Below, piece after piece: positions 1 to 9,852 of a DNA stretch of 64,000 nucleotides. Origin of the DNA: Turneriella sp. Its GTDB lineage: Bacteria > Spirochaetota > Leptospiria > Turneriellales > Turneriellaceae. Both the position numbers and the translations under genes were made by a program. The notes below the pieces were generated by a model. That model had not been told where the DNA came from and ran no database searches. It worked only from the letters and a program-made list of their open reading frames with translations. The stretch spans positions 448,001-512,000 of the forward strand of contig CBDIID010000003.1 of the NCBI GenBank assembly GCA_965279515.1, written 5' to 3'. Each line of letters opens with the position of its first letter. Positions within the stretch are counted from its first letter, which is position 1.

Positions 1-294
1 CGATGTTCCGATTGTGGCGATACCATACGCTGTGCTTGCGATAGACAACAGAATTGAACCATAAACAACGAGCGATGTGATGCCCAGTGCGTTCTTTTTG
101 TTTGTCAAAAGCAAGATACCAGAGAATACTTCAATGGCAGAGAGCAGTACTCCGGCCAAAGCAAAAATTCCTGATATTGGCGATAATTGAAAAGCCAAAC
201 CAATAGCGAGAGCTGGGAGCAACCCAAACCCGCCGAATACGATGTTTAACACACCAAAGACAGTCGCAACTGTCGGTCTTTTTCCATCAGACAT
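1..294 (-). CDS. Membrane protein, 5' part only (runs off window start)
   Basis: ATG at 294 with GGAGG upstream; hand translation MSDGKRPTVATVFGVLNIVFGGFGLL... is strongly hydrophobic. Confidence 0.7.
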   Translation of the reverse strand, partial: MSDGKRPTVATVFGVLNIVFGGFGLLPALAIGLAFQLSPISGIFALAGVLLSAIEVFSGILLLTNKKNALGITSLVVYGSILLSIASTAYGIATIGTS

Positions 295-384
295 AATTTC
301 CTCCGAAATCTTTTTGACCACGGAGTATACCCCGCGGCATTGGGTCGCTGCTTATAAACGTACCCGCGGTGCGTCAATACTATA

Positions 385-972
385 TTAGCTTTTTTTCTGT
401 ATTCTTTCTAAATTGGGACTACCTACCTCTTTGAGCAGGTCGTCGCGGAGCCGGATGAATACTTCTTTTCTCCGGTGCAAACGATACATCGCTGCTGTTC
501 CCTGGAAGAGACGCAAAATCTTCTCCGCTGTAGTTTCAGGATCGCCACGAAACGCTCCTTTCGATTTTTGCAGCGCAAGAAATTCCGCGAGCATCTCTGT
601 CCATGCGTCGATCACAGCCGTCGCTTCGTTTTGCAGAGTATCATCCGCCGAAAGTGTCTGCATGAGCCGCGAGACACGGCAGCCGGCAAATTTACCGGCC
701 TTCACCTGACGCATGAGTAAGGCACTCCACGTCTGTATGAAATCCACGGGGTTATCCGAGCGATCCATGAGTATCTGCAGACCTTGCGCAAATGCATCGC
801 GCTCGCGGTGGAGATATTCTACCGCAACCTCTTCCTTGCTCTGAAAGTAGCGGTAGAAGCTCGCCTTATGTGTTTCTGACGCGGCGATGAGATCGTTGAC
901 GCTGGTGGCATCAAAACCACGCGCCTGGAAAAGTTCCCGGGCGGTTTCAATGATGCGGTCGCGAGGATTCAT
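385..972 (-). CDS. TetR/AcrR family transcriptional regulator
   Basis: N-terminal TetR HTH RIIETARELFQARGFDATSVNDL...KASFYRYF. Confidence 0.92.
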   Translation of the reverse strand: MNPRDRIIETARELFQARGFDATSVNDLIAASETHKASFYRYFQSKEEVAVEYLHRERDAFAQGLQILMDRSDNPVDFIQTWSALLMRQVKAGKFAGCRVSRLMQTLSADDTLQNEATAVIDAWTEMLAEFLALQKSKGAFRGDPETTAEKILRLFQGTAAMYRLHRRKEVFIRLRDDLLKEVGSPNLERIQKKS

Positions 973-987
973 GCGCCACTATTTTTT

Positions 988-1041
988 GATAGACCGCACA
1001 GTCTATCGTTTACCTGTGCCGCATAGACCATTTAGTCTATG
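988..1041. promoter_or_regulatory. Two palindromic operators, probably for the adjacent TetR
   Basis: gATAGAC-cgcaca-GTCTATc (988-1007) and cATAGAC-cattta-GTCTATg (1022-1041) between divergent tetR and adh. Confidence 0.8.
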
Positions 1042-1049
1042 GAGGTTTT

Positions 1050-2072
1050 ATGCAACAACTTACACTCGTCAAACGCAACCTGATCGAATGGCAGGAAGTC
1101 AAAGCGCCCGAAATCACCGGGGCAAACCAGGCGCTGGTGCGGCCGCTCGCCGTCGCGCGCTGCGATCTCGACATACCGATTGCCTTAGGACAAAGTCTTT
1201 TCCGTCCGCCGTTTGCACTGGGCCATGAATTTGTCGGCGAAATTATCAGTACGAGCGAAGATCTGCGGAATGATTTTCCGGCAGGCACGAAGGTCGCGGT
1301 GGCTTTTCAGGTCGCGTGCGGCACCTGCGGCGAATGTGGCCGCGGCCATTCGAATTCCTGCGCGAGCATATCGGGCTTTCACGACTATGGTATGGGCGGC
1401 GGTGGTAAGGCCTTTGGCGGAGCGCTCTCCGACATCGTGCTGGTGCCGTATGCAAAACATATGCTGCTCCCCTTACCCGAAGGCACTGACCTCGTCGCAG
1501 TAGCCAGCCTCAGCGATAATATCGTTGAAGCGTGGAAACTCGCAGGATTTCACCTGGAGAAAGAACCGGGCACACCTGTGCTGATTATGGGTGGCCATGC
1601 GTCGAGCATCGGCCTCTATACCGTCGCGCTCTCACGTGCCATGGGAAGCGAAGTCCTTTACCTCGATAACGATAAAACCCGACTTTCTCTCGCTGAGAGT
1701 TTTGGCGCAAAGGTAGAAGAATTAACAGAGATTCCAAAAGCGTGGGCGAAACGTTATCCGCTGGTGGCAGAATGCAGCGGCGTCGAAGCCGGCTTTCGTT
1801 TCTGCCTGCGGTCCGTTGCACCGTTTGGCACCGTCACCGCGGCCTCGATTTACTGGACGAACGATTTCAGCATCCCTTACCTTGAGCTCTATAACATCGG
1901 TGCGGTCATCCGCATTGGCCGCGTCGATTCGCGCGAGATGATGCCGAAGGTGCTCGATTACATCCAGCGGGGTAATTTTCCAGTTTCAAAGGTGGTTTCG
2001 CAGGTCGCAGACTGGACCGAGGCCAAAGATGCATGGCTTGAGCCGGGGACAAAACTGGTGGTAAAGAGGTAA
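1050..2072 (+). CDS. Zinc-binding alcohol dehydrogenase (MDR family)
   Basis: GHE motif and structural Zn motif CGTCGECGRGHSNSC. Confidence 0.9.
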   Translation: MQQLTLVKRNLIEWQEVKAPEITGANQALVRPLAVARCDLDIPIALGQSLFRPPFALGHEFVGEIISTSEDLRNDFPAGTKVAVAFQVACGTCGECGRGHSNSCASISGFHDYGMGGGGKAFGGALSDIVLVPYAKHMLLPLPEGTDLVAVASLSDNIVEAWKLAGFHLEKEPGTPVLIMGGHASSIGLYTVALSRAMGSEVLYLDNDKTRLSLAESFGAKVEELTEIPKAWAKRYPLVAECSGVEAGFRFCLRSVAPFGTVTAASIYWTNDFSIPYLELYNIGAVIRIGRVDSREMMPKVLDYIQRGNFPVSKVVSQVADWTEAKDAWLEPGTKLVVKR

Positions 2073-2082
2073 TTCTCAATAA

Positions 2083-2162
2083 AACGCAAAGTACGCGAAG
2101 TTGCGCAGAGTTAAGGGAAAATCAGCATCTCTTTCTTTGCGGAACTTGGCGACCTCTGCGTT
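2083..2162. repeat. REP-like palindromic element, family A
   Basis: AACGCAAAGTACGCGAAGTTGCGCAGAG ... CTTTGCGGAACTTGGCGACCTCTGCGTT imperfect inverted repeat; a related copy flanks the IS at 5960-7272. Confidence 0.7.
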
Positions 2163-2215
2163 AAGATGAATGACTGCTTTTCATTTACCGGCTCTTAACG
2201 CATTTACCTTGGGCT

Positions 2216-2941
2216 ATGGCAGAGCTGCAGTACGTCGAACGGTTTGTCGACGGCATGAAAGTCGTGGAGATTCCGGGGCGGCCTGGCGCCCCCACCTTTT
2301 TCTGCATGCACGGCTTCGGCGCGAACTGTTATGACCTCGCCGGGTTATCCCAGCACCTGAAATTTCCCGAGGGCACACGCTATCTTTTCCCCGACGGTAT
2401 TCTGCGGATTGATTTAGGTTACGGTGCGGGTTACGAAGGCCGCGCCTGGTTCCCGATTGATTTCGCTGAAATCGACCGCATACGCCGCGAAGGCGGCCTG
2501 AGGGATCTTTCAAAATCGCTGCCCGCAGGCATGGCCGAGGCGCGCGACAAACTGCTCCAGGCGATGGAGAAACTCGAATGCGATCCCGCAAAAACCGTGG
2601 TGGGAGGCTTCTCACAGGGCGCGATGATGGCCACCGAGATCATGCTCTCGCACAGCGCCTACCTTGCGGGGCTCGTTATTTTTTCCGGAACCCTGGTCAA
2701 CCGCACCGGCTGGGAAAAAGCGTCGGCTGAAAAATATGGCTCGAAAAATAAAACTCTATCCTTTATACAATCCCACGGCAAGCATGATCCCGTACTGCCG
2801 TTTCAGGCGGCGGAACGTTTGAACGAGATACTCCTCAGGAACGGCGGCAAAGGTGATTTTATTAGCTTTGAAGGGCAGCATGAAATCCCCATGGAAGTCA
2901 TTGACGGTACGAACAAGTGGCTTAAAGAAATATTTCCATAG
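2216..2941 (+). CDS. Phospholipase/carboxylesterase (alpha/beta hydrolase)
   Basis: HGFG, GFSQG nucleophile elbow, HGKHDPV and H-E-I motifs. Confidence 0.9.
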   Translation: MAELQYVERFVDGMKVVEIPGRPGAPTFFCMHGFGANCYDLAGLSQHLKFPEGTRYLFPDGILRIDLGYGAGYEGRAWFPIDFAEIDRIRREGGLRDLSKSLPAGMAEARDKLLQAMEKLECDPAKTVVGGFSQGAMMATEIMLSHSAYLAGLVIFSGTLVNRTGWEKASAEKYGSKNKTLSFIQSHGKHDPVLPFQAAERLNEILLRNGGKGDFISFEGQHEIPMEVIDGTNKWLKEIFP

Positions 2942-4600
2942 ATGGCCGCCGATAAACCCCATTTCCTGGTCATCGGTTCGGGCATTGCGGGCCTCTTTTT
3001 CGCGCTGAAGGCTGCGCGCATCGGCCGTGTGACAATCGTCACGAAAGACGCCGTCGACAACGCCGCCACGACGTATGCGCAGGGCGGTATCGCCGCCGCA
3101 CTCGGCACCTGGGATAATCCGCAAAAACATTTCGAAGATACGCTTGTTGCCGGCGCCGGGCTCTGCGACGAAAAAGCGGTCGACATTCTCGTACACGAAG
3201 GCGTGCATCGCGTTCAGGAACTCATCGACCTCGGCATGGGTTTCACGCGCAGTGAAGATGGCAAACTGCATTTTGGCCGCGAGGGCGGGCACAACGAATC
3301 GCGCGTGCTGCACGACCACGACCATACCGGGCGCTCGCTCGAATCGTTTCTGCTCGAGCGTGTCGCCGCGACGGGTAATGTCACCCTGCTCTCGAACCAC
3401 TGCGTCGTCGAACTCGCGACGGAGCATCACCTGCAAGAGAAAAAAAATTCACAGACGGTTTTTGGCGCCTACGTGCTCGACGCAAAAACCGGTGAAATCG
3501 ATTTGTATACCGCAGACTTCACGATTCTCGCCACCGGCGGCGCCGGGCGGATTTACCCCGTGACGACCAATCCGCCGGTTTCGACGGGCGACGGCGTCGC
3601 CCTTGCCTACCGCGCCGGCTGCCGCGTGCGCAACCTCGAATTTTTCCAGTTTCACCCAACGGCGCTGGCGCTCAGGGGCAAAAGCCCGCCGGGTACGCCG
3701 GCCTTCCTCATCACCGAAGCGATGCGCGGCGAAGGGGCAATCCTGAAAAACCCGAAAAGCGGCCGCGCCTTCATGCAGGATTACCACGAGATGCGAGAGC
3801 TGGCACCGCGCGACATCGTGGCACGCGCGATTGATGCTGAACTCAAGCGCGACGGTCTCGACTTCGTCTATCTCGACATCTCGCACAAGGATGCGGCATT
3901 TATCCGCGAACATTTTCCGCTCATCTATGGCACGCTGAAAGAAAAGTTTAATATCGATATCACCACAGATCCGGTTCCGGTCGTACCCGCGGCGCATTAT
4001 ATGTGCGGCGGCGTGCTCGTCGACTACGACGGCCACACCGACCTCGCTCATCTCTACGCCATCGGCGAAGTGGCCGCGACGGGGGTACATGGCGGCAACC
4101 GGCTGGCATCCAATTCACTCCTCGAAGGCATTGTCTTTGCAGAACGTGCACTCATTCATATTCAAACGGGACTCTCCGACAAGGAACTGATTCAGTCGCG
4201 CGCCACTGCGGAAAAACTTACCGCCTGGGATCACACCAATGCGAAAAACCCCGATGAATGGGTGCTGCTATCGCATGACTTCAAGGAAATCCGCTCGATC
4301 ATGTGGGACTATGTCGGCATCGTGCGCTCGACGCTGCGCCTGGAACGCGCGCTGCGGCGCGTGGATGTCATCTACGGTGAAATCATCGATTTCTACAACC
4401 GCACCATCATCTCCCGCGACCTCCTCGAACTCCGCAATCTCGCCTTGGTCGCGCAGCTGACGATCCGTTCGGCGCTTGCCCGCAAAGAAAGCCGCGGTCT
4501 GCATTTTATGACAGACTATGCTGAGCACCGTGAACCCTCACGTGTCGATACGATACTCGAGCCCGCACACTTCAAGGCAAAAGGACAACACATTGGCTGA
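2942..4600 (+). CDS. nadB: L-aspartate oxidase
   Basis: GSGIAG FAD motif, AQGGIAA, QFHPT, HYMCGG, GVHGGNRLASNSLLEG. Confidence 0.95.
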   Translation: MAADKPHFLVIGSGIAGLFFALKAARIGRVTIVTKDAVDNAATTYAQGGIAAALGTWDNPQKHFEDTLVAGAGLCDEKAVDILVHEGVHRVQELIDLGMGFTRSEDGKLHFGREGGHNESRVLHDHDHTGRSLESFLLERVAATGNVTLLSNHCVVELATEHHLQEKKNSQTVFGAYVLDAKTGEIDLYTADFTILATGGAGRIYPVTTNPPVSTGDGVALAYRAGCRVRNLEFFQFHPTALALRGKSPPGTPAFLITEAMRGEGAILKNPKSGRAFMQDYHEMRELAPRDIVARAIDAELKRDGLDFVYLDISHKDAAFIREHFPLIYGTLKEKFNIDITTDPVPVVPAAHYMCGGVLVDYDGHTDLAHLYAIGEVAATGVHGGNRLASNSLLEGIVFAERALIHIQTGLSDKELIQSRATAEKLTAWDHTNAKNPDEWVLLSHDFKEIRSIMWDYVGIVRSTLRLERALRRVDVIYGEIIDFYNRTIISRDLLELRNLALVAQLTIRSALARKESRGLHFMTDYAEHREPSRVDTILEPAHFKAKGQHIG

Positions 4601-4979
4601 GCTGAATGGGTTCTCTGCGGCGCTCGTATTTTTAGGCGGTGGTATCGGTTCCGTGGTGCGTTATGTGATTACAAAATTGTCCCTTGCATGGTTTGGCGCC
4701 TACCCCTATGGTACCCTGATGGCAAATCTCGCCGGGGCGCTTATCGCCGGTATCGTTGCAGTGCTTGTCTTTGAGCGCCGCATGATACAGCCACCGTGGA
4801 ATGATCTATTGCTGGCCGGATTTCTGGGCGGCCTCACCACCTTCAGCGCGATGGTGCTCGACACACACCGGCTGGTGCAGCACGGCATGATCTCCGCGGC
4901 GGTTTTTTACCTGCTGCTGAATGTCATGCTGGGTTTGGCTCTCTTTACAATTGCACACCAGATCACGAGGGCTGCATGA
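4593..4979 (+). CDS. crcB: Fluoride efflux channel CrcB/Fluc
   Basis: GGGIGSVVRY, PYGTLMANLAG, GFLGGLTTFS; likely TTG start at 4593 overlapping the nadB end. Confidence 0.88.
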   Translation: MAELNGFSAALVFLGGGIGSVVRYVITKLSLAWFGAYPYGTLMANLAGALIAGIVAVLVFERRMIQPPWNDLLLAGFLGGLTTFSAMVLDTHRLVQHGMISAAVFYLLLNVMLGLALFTIAHQITRAA

Positions 4980-5947
4980 GTTTTACCTCAGAGCGCGCCC
5001 CCTTTATCCGCGACCTGCAGAACGGCTTGCTCGAAGAAGGCAAATTTCTCGTTCGCCGCGCGGTGCTACAAAGCGCAAAGAACAATAAACCGTTTCTGCG
5101 CCTGATGCTCGCCGACGCTTCGGGGCACATGCCTGCAATCTACTTTGGCGCAGCGCCAGATCTGAAGAAACTCACCGAAATTGCCAAGCCCGGAAAGATT
5201 ATCCGTATCCAGGGTATCGTCGAAGAATACCAGAACGTCAAACAGATCAAACTCATGAAGATTGAGCCTGCTGAAGACGGCGGCGAGCTCAGCCGTTTTT
5301 GGGCACGCACGCCGCTGTCGCGGCGGCAGATGTATACCGAAATGCGCCAGCTCATCTCCTCTATCCAGAGCAACGAAATCCGCGAAGTCTGCGAAATGTT
5401 TCTCAAAGACCGCGGCTTCATGCGGCTTTTTCTCGAAGCGCCGGCGTCGCGCCAGATTCACCACGCGTATATCGGCGGCCTGATGGAGCACACACTGAAT
5501 GTGATGCGTTCGGCGGCCGCATTCCGCAAACTTTATCCGCATGCCGATTCTGACCTTATGCTCGCGGGCGCGTTTCTGCACGACATCGGCAAAATCGATG
5601 AATACAATTTTCTCGTAAGCCATTACGAACATTCTGAAGCCGGCCGCCTCAAAGGCCACACGCTCTTAGGTTATGAGCGCTTACAGCAGAAGCTGAGCCA
5701 GGTGCGGATGCACCCCTTGACGCGGGCAAAACTCGAGCACGTGGTTCTCGCCCACCAGGGGAAAAAACACTGGGGCGCGATAGAAGAGCCGCGGTTTCTG
5801 GAGGCCTACCTCGTGCATGCCGCTGACGCGGTCGACTCGACGCAGTTCATTTTCCACGAGTTAGCGCAGAATGCACAAAACCGCACGACCGACTCGGCCT
5901 GGTCTGAATACAGCAAATACCTCGGCCGCGAGATTTTCCTGAGATGA
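4976..5947 (+). CDS. OB-fold plus HD-domain 3'-5' exoribonuclease (YhaM/CBF1-like)
   Basis: N-terminal OB fold; PASRQIHHAYIGGLMEHT, LHDIGK, HQG motifs. Confidence 0.85.
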   Translation: MSFTSERAPFIRDLQNGLLEEGKFLVRRAVLQSAKNNKPFLRLMLADASGHMPAIYFGAAPDLKKLTEIAKPGKIIRIQGIVEEYQNVKQIKLMKIEPAEDGGELSRFWARTPLSRRQMYTEMRQLISSIQSNEIREVCEMFLKDRGFMRLFLEAPASRQIHHAYIGGLMEHTLNVMRSAAAFRKLYPHADSDLMLAGAFLHDIGKIDEYNFLVSHYEHSEAGRLKGHTLLGYERLQQKLSQVRMHPLTRAKLEHVVLAHQGKKHWGAIEEPRFLEAYLVHAADAVDSTQFIFHELAQNAQNRTTDSAWSEYSKYLGREIFLR

Positions 5948-5997
5948 CCAAACCAAAATAACCGCAAAGGACGCGGAGTTACGCAAGGTGCACCTAG

Positions 5998-7238
5998 CAG
6001 GGTGTTGAAAAACGCATAGAATCGGGTATCCGTTCAAACCATAAATACGATTGGACGGGCACGTATTTTGCGCCTTGCCACCTTCGCTTCTGGGCGCAAC
6101 GGGCTCATAGCTTGCCAGCCAAAATAACCAGATTGGCTGCCGCCATCGTGAATATGAAATGAAAGCCAACCTTAGCTTTGCCGCAGTAGCGTGTTTTACG
6201 GATACCACCGATGGTTTTGCCCCAGCCAAATAATTCTTCAATCCGTTTGCGAACGCGTTGGCTGATTGCATAGCCGGTACTTCGCGCCGTTCGGCGATCA
6301 AGGCCTGGTGTTTTTCGTGTTTCAATCATGGCGATGTGCGGTTTTATCTTCAATGACCTGAGCGATGCTACCATGTCTTTCGTATGGTAGCCTTTGTCTG
6401 CACCCAATGTTCGCGGCTTGATTTTGCGCTTGCGGAGATTCTTTAATAGAGCAAGCAAGCCACGGCGTTCTGCTTTGCCATCAGCAGCCTCCAGGTTTGC
6501 CGCAACACAAAGACCGGTACGATTTTCCATGACGACATTACCGCAGTAAGACAGCTTTGCTTCTTTGCCGGGGCCCTTGCGTGCAAGCATGGATTCGGGA
6601 TCAGTAGTACTGGCATGTGTTTCATTGCTGCGTTTTTCATCGTGAAAATTCACGATCGGATTGCGACTGGTGTCTATTGGCTTTTCGCGTTTTACGTCTG
6701 CATCTTTTTGTTTCGGCTTAAAGCTTTTAAGCGATGCCCATGCTTCGATCAATGTGCCGTCAGCGGTGAAGTGTTCATCAGAGACCAGATTCTTGCTTTG
6801 CGCAAAACGAACGACCTGCGCCAGAAAGCTATTTGCGATTTCCTGATTGAGGAGGCGTTCGCGGTTTTTGGCAAAAGTACTGTGATTCGGAACAGGATCA
6901 TTCGGCATCAGATCAAGAAACCAGCGGAAGAGAAAATTGTAGCTGAGTTGTTCACAAAGCTGGCGCTCCGAACGAATCGAATAAAAAGCGATCAGAAGCG
7001 ATGCCTTCAGCAAAAACTCCGGCGGTATCGAGGGTCTGCCAGCATCGGCGTACATCTTATCAAGTGCTCCATCCAGTTTGCCGAGCACGTCATCGGCCAT
7101 AGTCTTGATTTTACGCAATGGATGCGACGGCGGAATCAGATCTTCCGCAGAGAAATTGTAGAGAAAATTCATCTGAGCTTTTTGGTCACCGCGCATTGGC
7201 TCAATATAATCAAAATTAAGGACTTCTTCAACACCCTG
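5998..7238 (-). mobile_element. Insertion sequence, IS5-family type (DUF772 + DDE), 1241 bp
   Basis: Terminal IRs CAGGGTGTTGAAAAA / TTCTTCAACACCCTG flanked by CTAG duplication (5994-5997, 7239-7242). Confidence 0.92.
6105..7196 (-). CDS. DDE transposase
   Basis: GRPSIPPE...SERQL...FRWF, DGTLIEAWAS, ADKGY, RKRIEELFGWGK. Confidence 0.95.
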   Translation of the reverse strand: MRGDQKAQMNFLYNFSAEDLIPPSHPLRKIKTMADDVLGKLDGALDKMYADAGRPSIPPEFLLKASLLIAFYSIRSERQLCEQLSYNFLFRWFLDLMPNDPVPNHSTFAKNRERLLNQEIANSFLAQVVRFAQSKNLVSDEHFTADGTLIEAWASLKSFKPKQKDADVKREKPIDTSRNPIVNFHDEKRSNETHASTTDPESMLARKGPGKEAKLSYCGNVVMENRTGLCVAANLEAADGKAERRGLLALLKNLRKRKIKPRTLGADKGYHTKDMVASLRSLKIKPHIAMIETRKTPGLDRRTARSTGYAISQRVRKRIEELFGWGKTIGGIRKTRYCGKAKVGFHFIFTMAAANLVILAGKL

Positions 7239-7318
7239 CTAGAGCTTTGCGAAACTTTGCGGCCTCGGCGTTAGTTTTTCTGGTTTTCGCTTCAAATGTA
7301 TAGCTGGAAAGAGTTGCT

Positions 7319-8104
7319 ATGTCGCAATTCATAATAACCGAAAAAAAGGGCCACGTTTTCATCATGGCCTTCAACCGGCCCGACGCCAATAATGCTTTTA
7401 ACACCCAAATGCTGCGCGAACTATCAGCGGCGTACGAACAGATGGAGAATGACAACGACATACGTGTGGGCGTGGTCTGGGCCGAGGGAAAACATTTCAC
7501 GCTGGGGCTTGAACTCAATGAAGTCGCGGCCGGCATACAAAACAGCAAAGGCAACCTGCTCTCCACGGCCGACGGCATCGACCCCTGGGGTATCTCAGGC
7601 CGCTCAAAAACGAAACCCGTCATCGTCGCGGGTCATGGTTTTTGCCTGACGCTGGCGATTGAACTCATGCTCGCAAGTGAAATCCGCATTGCCGCACCCA
7701 GCGCTAAATTTGCGCAGATGGAGGTGCAGCGCGGCGTCTTTCCGTTCGGCGGCGCAACCTTACGCTTCCACGAACAGTGTGGATGGGGCAATGCCATGAA
7801 ATACATGCTGACAGGCGAGATGTTCACCTCGGCTGAAGCGCTGCGCATCGGCCTCATCCAGGAAATCGTCGAACTGCCCAAGCTGCGCGAGCGCGCGCTC
7901 GAACTGGCACAAAAGATCGCTGACCAGTCGCCGCTGGCCGTGCGCGCGACGCTGGCATCGGCGCACCTTTCTCTAAAAGAGGGGCGAACCGCTGCGGCCA
8001 AGAACCTTTTTCCCGAACTGCAAAAGATGCTGAAGAGCGAAGATGCTGCCGAAGGCATTAAATCGTTTCAGGAGAAGCGAAAAGCAAATTTTCCCGGCCG
8101 TTAA
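7319..8104 (+). CDS. Enoyl-CoA hydratase/crotonase family protein
   Basis: NRPDANNAF, KPVIVAGHG, FAQMEVQRG, EGIKSFQEKR. Confidence 0.92.
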   Translation: MSQFIITEKKGHVFIMAFNRPDANNAFNTQMLRELSAAYEQMENDNDIRVGVVWAEGKHFTLGLELNEVAAGIQNSKGNLLSTADGIDPWGISGRSKTKPVIVAGHGFCLTLAIELMLASEIRIAAPSAKFAQMEVQRGVFPFGGATLRFHEQCGWGNAMKYMLTGEMFTSAEALRIGLIQEIVELPKLRERALELAQKIADQSPLAVRATLASAHLSLKEGRTAAAKNLFPELQKMLKSEDAAEGIKSFQEKRKANFPGR

Positions 8105-9255
8105 GCAAGCAGCGCCGGCTGTTTCTCTGCCAGCCTTTCGCGGAGCGCAGCGATGCCCTCTTTCGACAGGGTATTGCCCCAAATTGCGTCTGGAAATTTT
8201 TTTATGAGTTCCTTGCGGTCGTCCGGAAAAACCAGGTCGTCTTTATTAAAATAAAGGATCCGCGGCTTTTCGTTGGCTTTCAGGCGTATCAGCTCTGACG
8301 CTACCACAGCCATTTCATCGGCCAGCTGCGGTGAAGATGCATCGTGTACCTCGATGACAATATCCGCATGACGAATCTCCGCCAGTGTCGACTGGAAAGC
8401 GGCGACGAGCGAAGCCGGTAAATTGCGGATAAAGCCGACGGTATCGGTAACCACAGCGTAGCGCGGTTTGAAATCCTCTTCGCCGAGGTAAATTTTGCGG
8501 GAGAATGTATCCAGGGTGGCGAAGAGTTTATCTTCGGCAAAAACCTTCTGCGAACTCGAAGACAGCGCGTTGAGCGTGCTGCTTTTGCCCGCATTGGTAT
8601 ATCCCACCAGCGCAAAGGTGGTAAGATGCCGGCCCTGCCGCGCGGTGCCGCGGTGGCGTTCGACGTCTTCGAGCTCGTTGCGTATCTTTTGGATACGGCG
8701 GCGGATATAACGGCGGTCGGTCTCAAGCATTGTTTCACCGGGACCACGCGTGCCGATGCCGGGCGCCCCCGTGGCGCCCTGCCGGGAGAGCACTCCCCCT
8801 AACCCTTTGAGGCGGGGCAGAATATAGAGCAGCTGTGCCAGCTCGACCTGCAGAATCGCTTCACGCGTCTTCGCGCGCATCGCAAAGATATCAAGAATGA
8901 CTTCGATGCGGCCAAGAACGCGGATCTTCAGCTCTTCCTCAAGGTTGCGCAGCTGGTTGGGCTTGAGCTGCGCGTCGACAAAGAGCAGGTTGAGGCCCAG
9001 CTCTTCGAGCGCCTTGCGTATCCGCTCAATCTGGCCCGAGGTGAAAAACATCGCGGCGTGGATGTCCGTATGGTGAAAAAACAGTTCATGCAGAGTGCGC
9101 ACACCCGCCGTTTCTGCAAGCATCAACAGCTCGCGCAGCGATTCTTCCTGGCTGCGTTTCTCCCTGAAATAGCGCGAGCCGTACTGGCCGACACAGAGCG
9201 CGCGGTAATGCTCTTTGGAAACGAGTTTTTTCTGGTAAAGTGAGGAGGCGTCCAC
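8101..9255 (-). CDS. hflX: GTPase HflX
   Basis: GTRGPGETMLETDRR, GYTNAGKS, LFATLD, DTVGFI, NKDD. Confidence 0.95.
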   Translation of the reverse strand: MDASSLYQKKLVSKEHYRALCVGQYGSRYFREKRSQEESLRELLMLAETAGVRTLHELFFHHTDIHAAMFFTSGQIERIRKALEELGLNLLFVDAQLKPNQLRNLEEELKIRVLGRIEVILDIFAMRAKTREAILQVELAQLLYILPRLKGLGGVLSRQGATGAPGIGTRGPGETMLETDRRYIRRRIQKIRNELEDVERHRGTARQGRHLTTFALVGYTNAGKSSTLNALSSSSQKVFAEDKLFATLDTFSRKIYLGEEDFKPRYAVVTDTVGFIRNLPASLVAAFQSTLAEIRHADIVIEVHDASSPQLADEMAVVASELIRLKANEKPRILYFNKDDLVFPDDRKELIKKFPDAIWGNTLSKEGIAALRERLAEKQPALLA

Positions 9256-9260
9256 GAAAT

Positions 9261-9848
9261 TTAAGGTGTGGGAACTTCTTTCCGGTACTTGCTCTTTTTA
9301 TCGGATTTATATTCGTCCGGTTTTTTATAGATGGTGATGCGGTTGCCCGATAAAATCGAGTTTGCCTTAAACCAGCCCTGGTTCGCCTCTACCGCATAGA
9401 GTACGGGAATCTCAGAGCCAATGATATCGAGGGAGAACGGCTTCATGTCGTGCATACTCGAAACGAAGAGCTTCTCATGCACGTAGGCGATGCTGAGCGG
9501 AATGTGCGTGTTTTGCATCCAGAAATTCATTTCCGCTGGTTTATTATAGACAAAGATCATGCCGCGGTTTTTGCCGAGAAATTTACGGAACATGAGGCCG
9601 CGCTCCTTGTCTTTTTCAGAGCGGGCAACCTCACAATCGAGCACAACATCCTGGCCTTTGGCATTATGGAATACGACGCGCCAGACCTCATCAAGCGGCT
9701 TAATTAAATTCCCAGCGGGTTCGGCGGCAGTGGGGGCAGTATTTTTCGAATCGGCTTTTTTCTCGTTACCCCAGGTGTCAGGGCGTTCGCCGAACAGGGG
9801 CGAGAGGCTTAGAGATGTAAAAAGCAGCCATGAGGATATTCTCCTCAT
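9261..9848 (-). CDS. DUF192-domain exported protein
   Basis: RGLMFRK...GMIF...FWMQNTHIPLSIAY; signal peptide from ATG 9848. Confidence 0.85.
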   Translation of the reverse strand: MRRISSWLLFTSLSLSPLFGERPDTWGNEKKADSKNTAPTAAEPAGNLIKPLDEVWRVVFHNAKGQDVVLDCEVARSEKDKERGLMFRKFLGKNRGMIFVYNKPAEMNFWMQNTHIPLSIAYVHEKLFVSSMHDMKPFSLDIIGSEIPVLYAVEANQGWFKANSILSGNRITIYKKPDEYKSDKKSKYRKEVPTP

Positions 9849-9852
9849 CGGG

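Noticed and set aside
6615..7274. 219-aa ORF antisense to the transposase
   Set aside because: Shadow frame that crosses the IS boundary and has no motifs.
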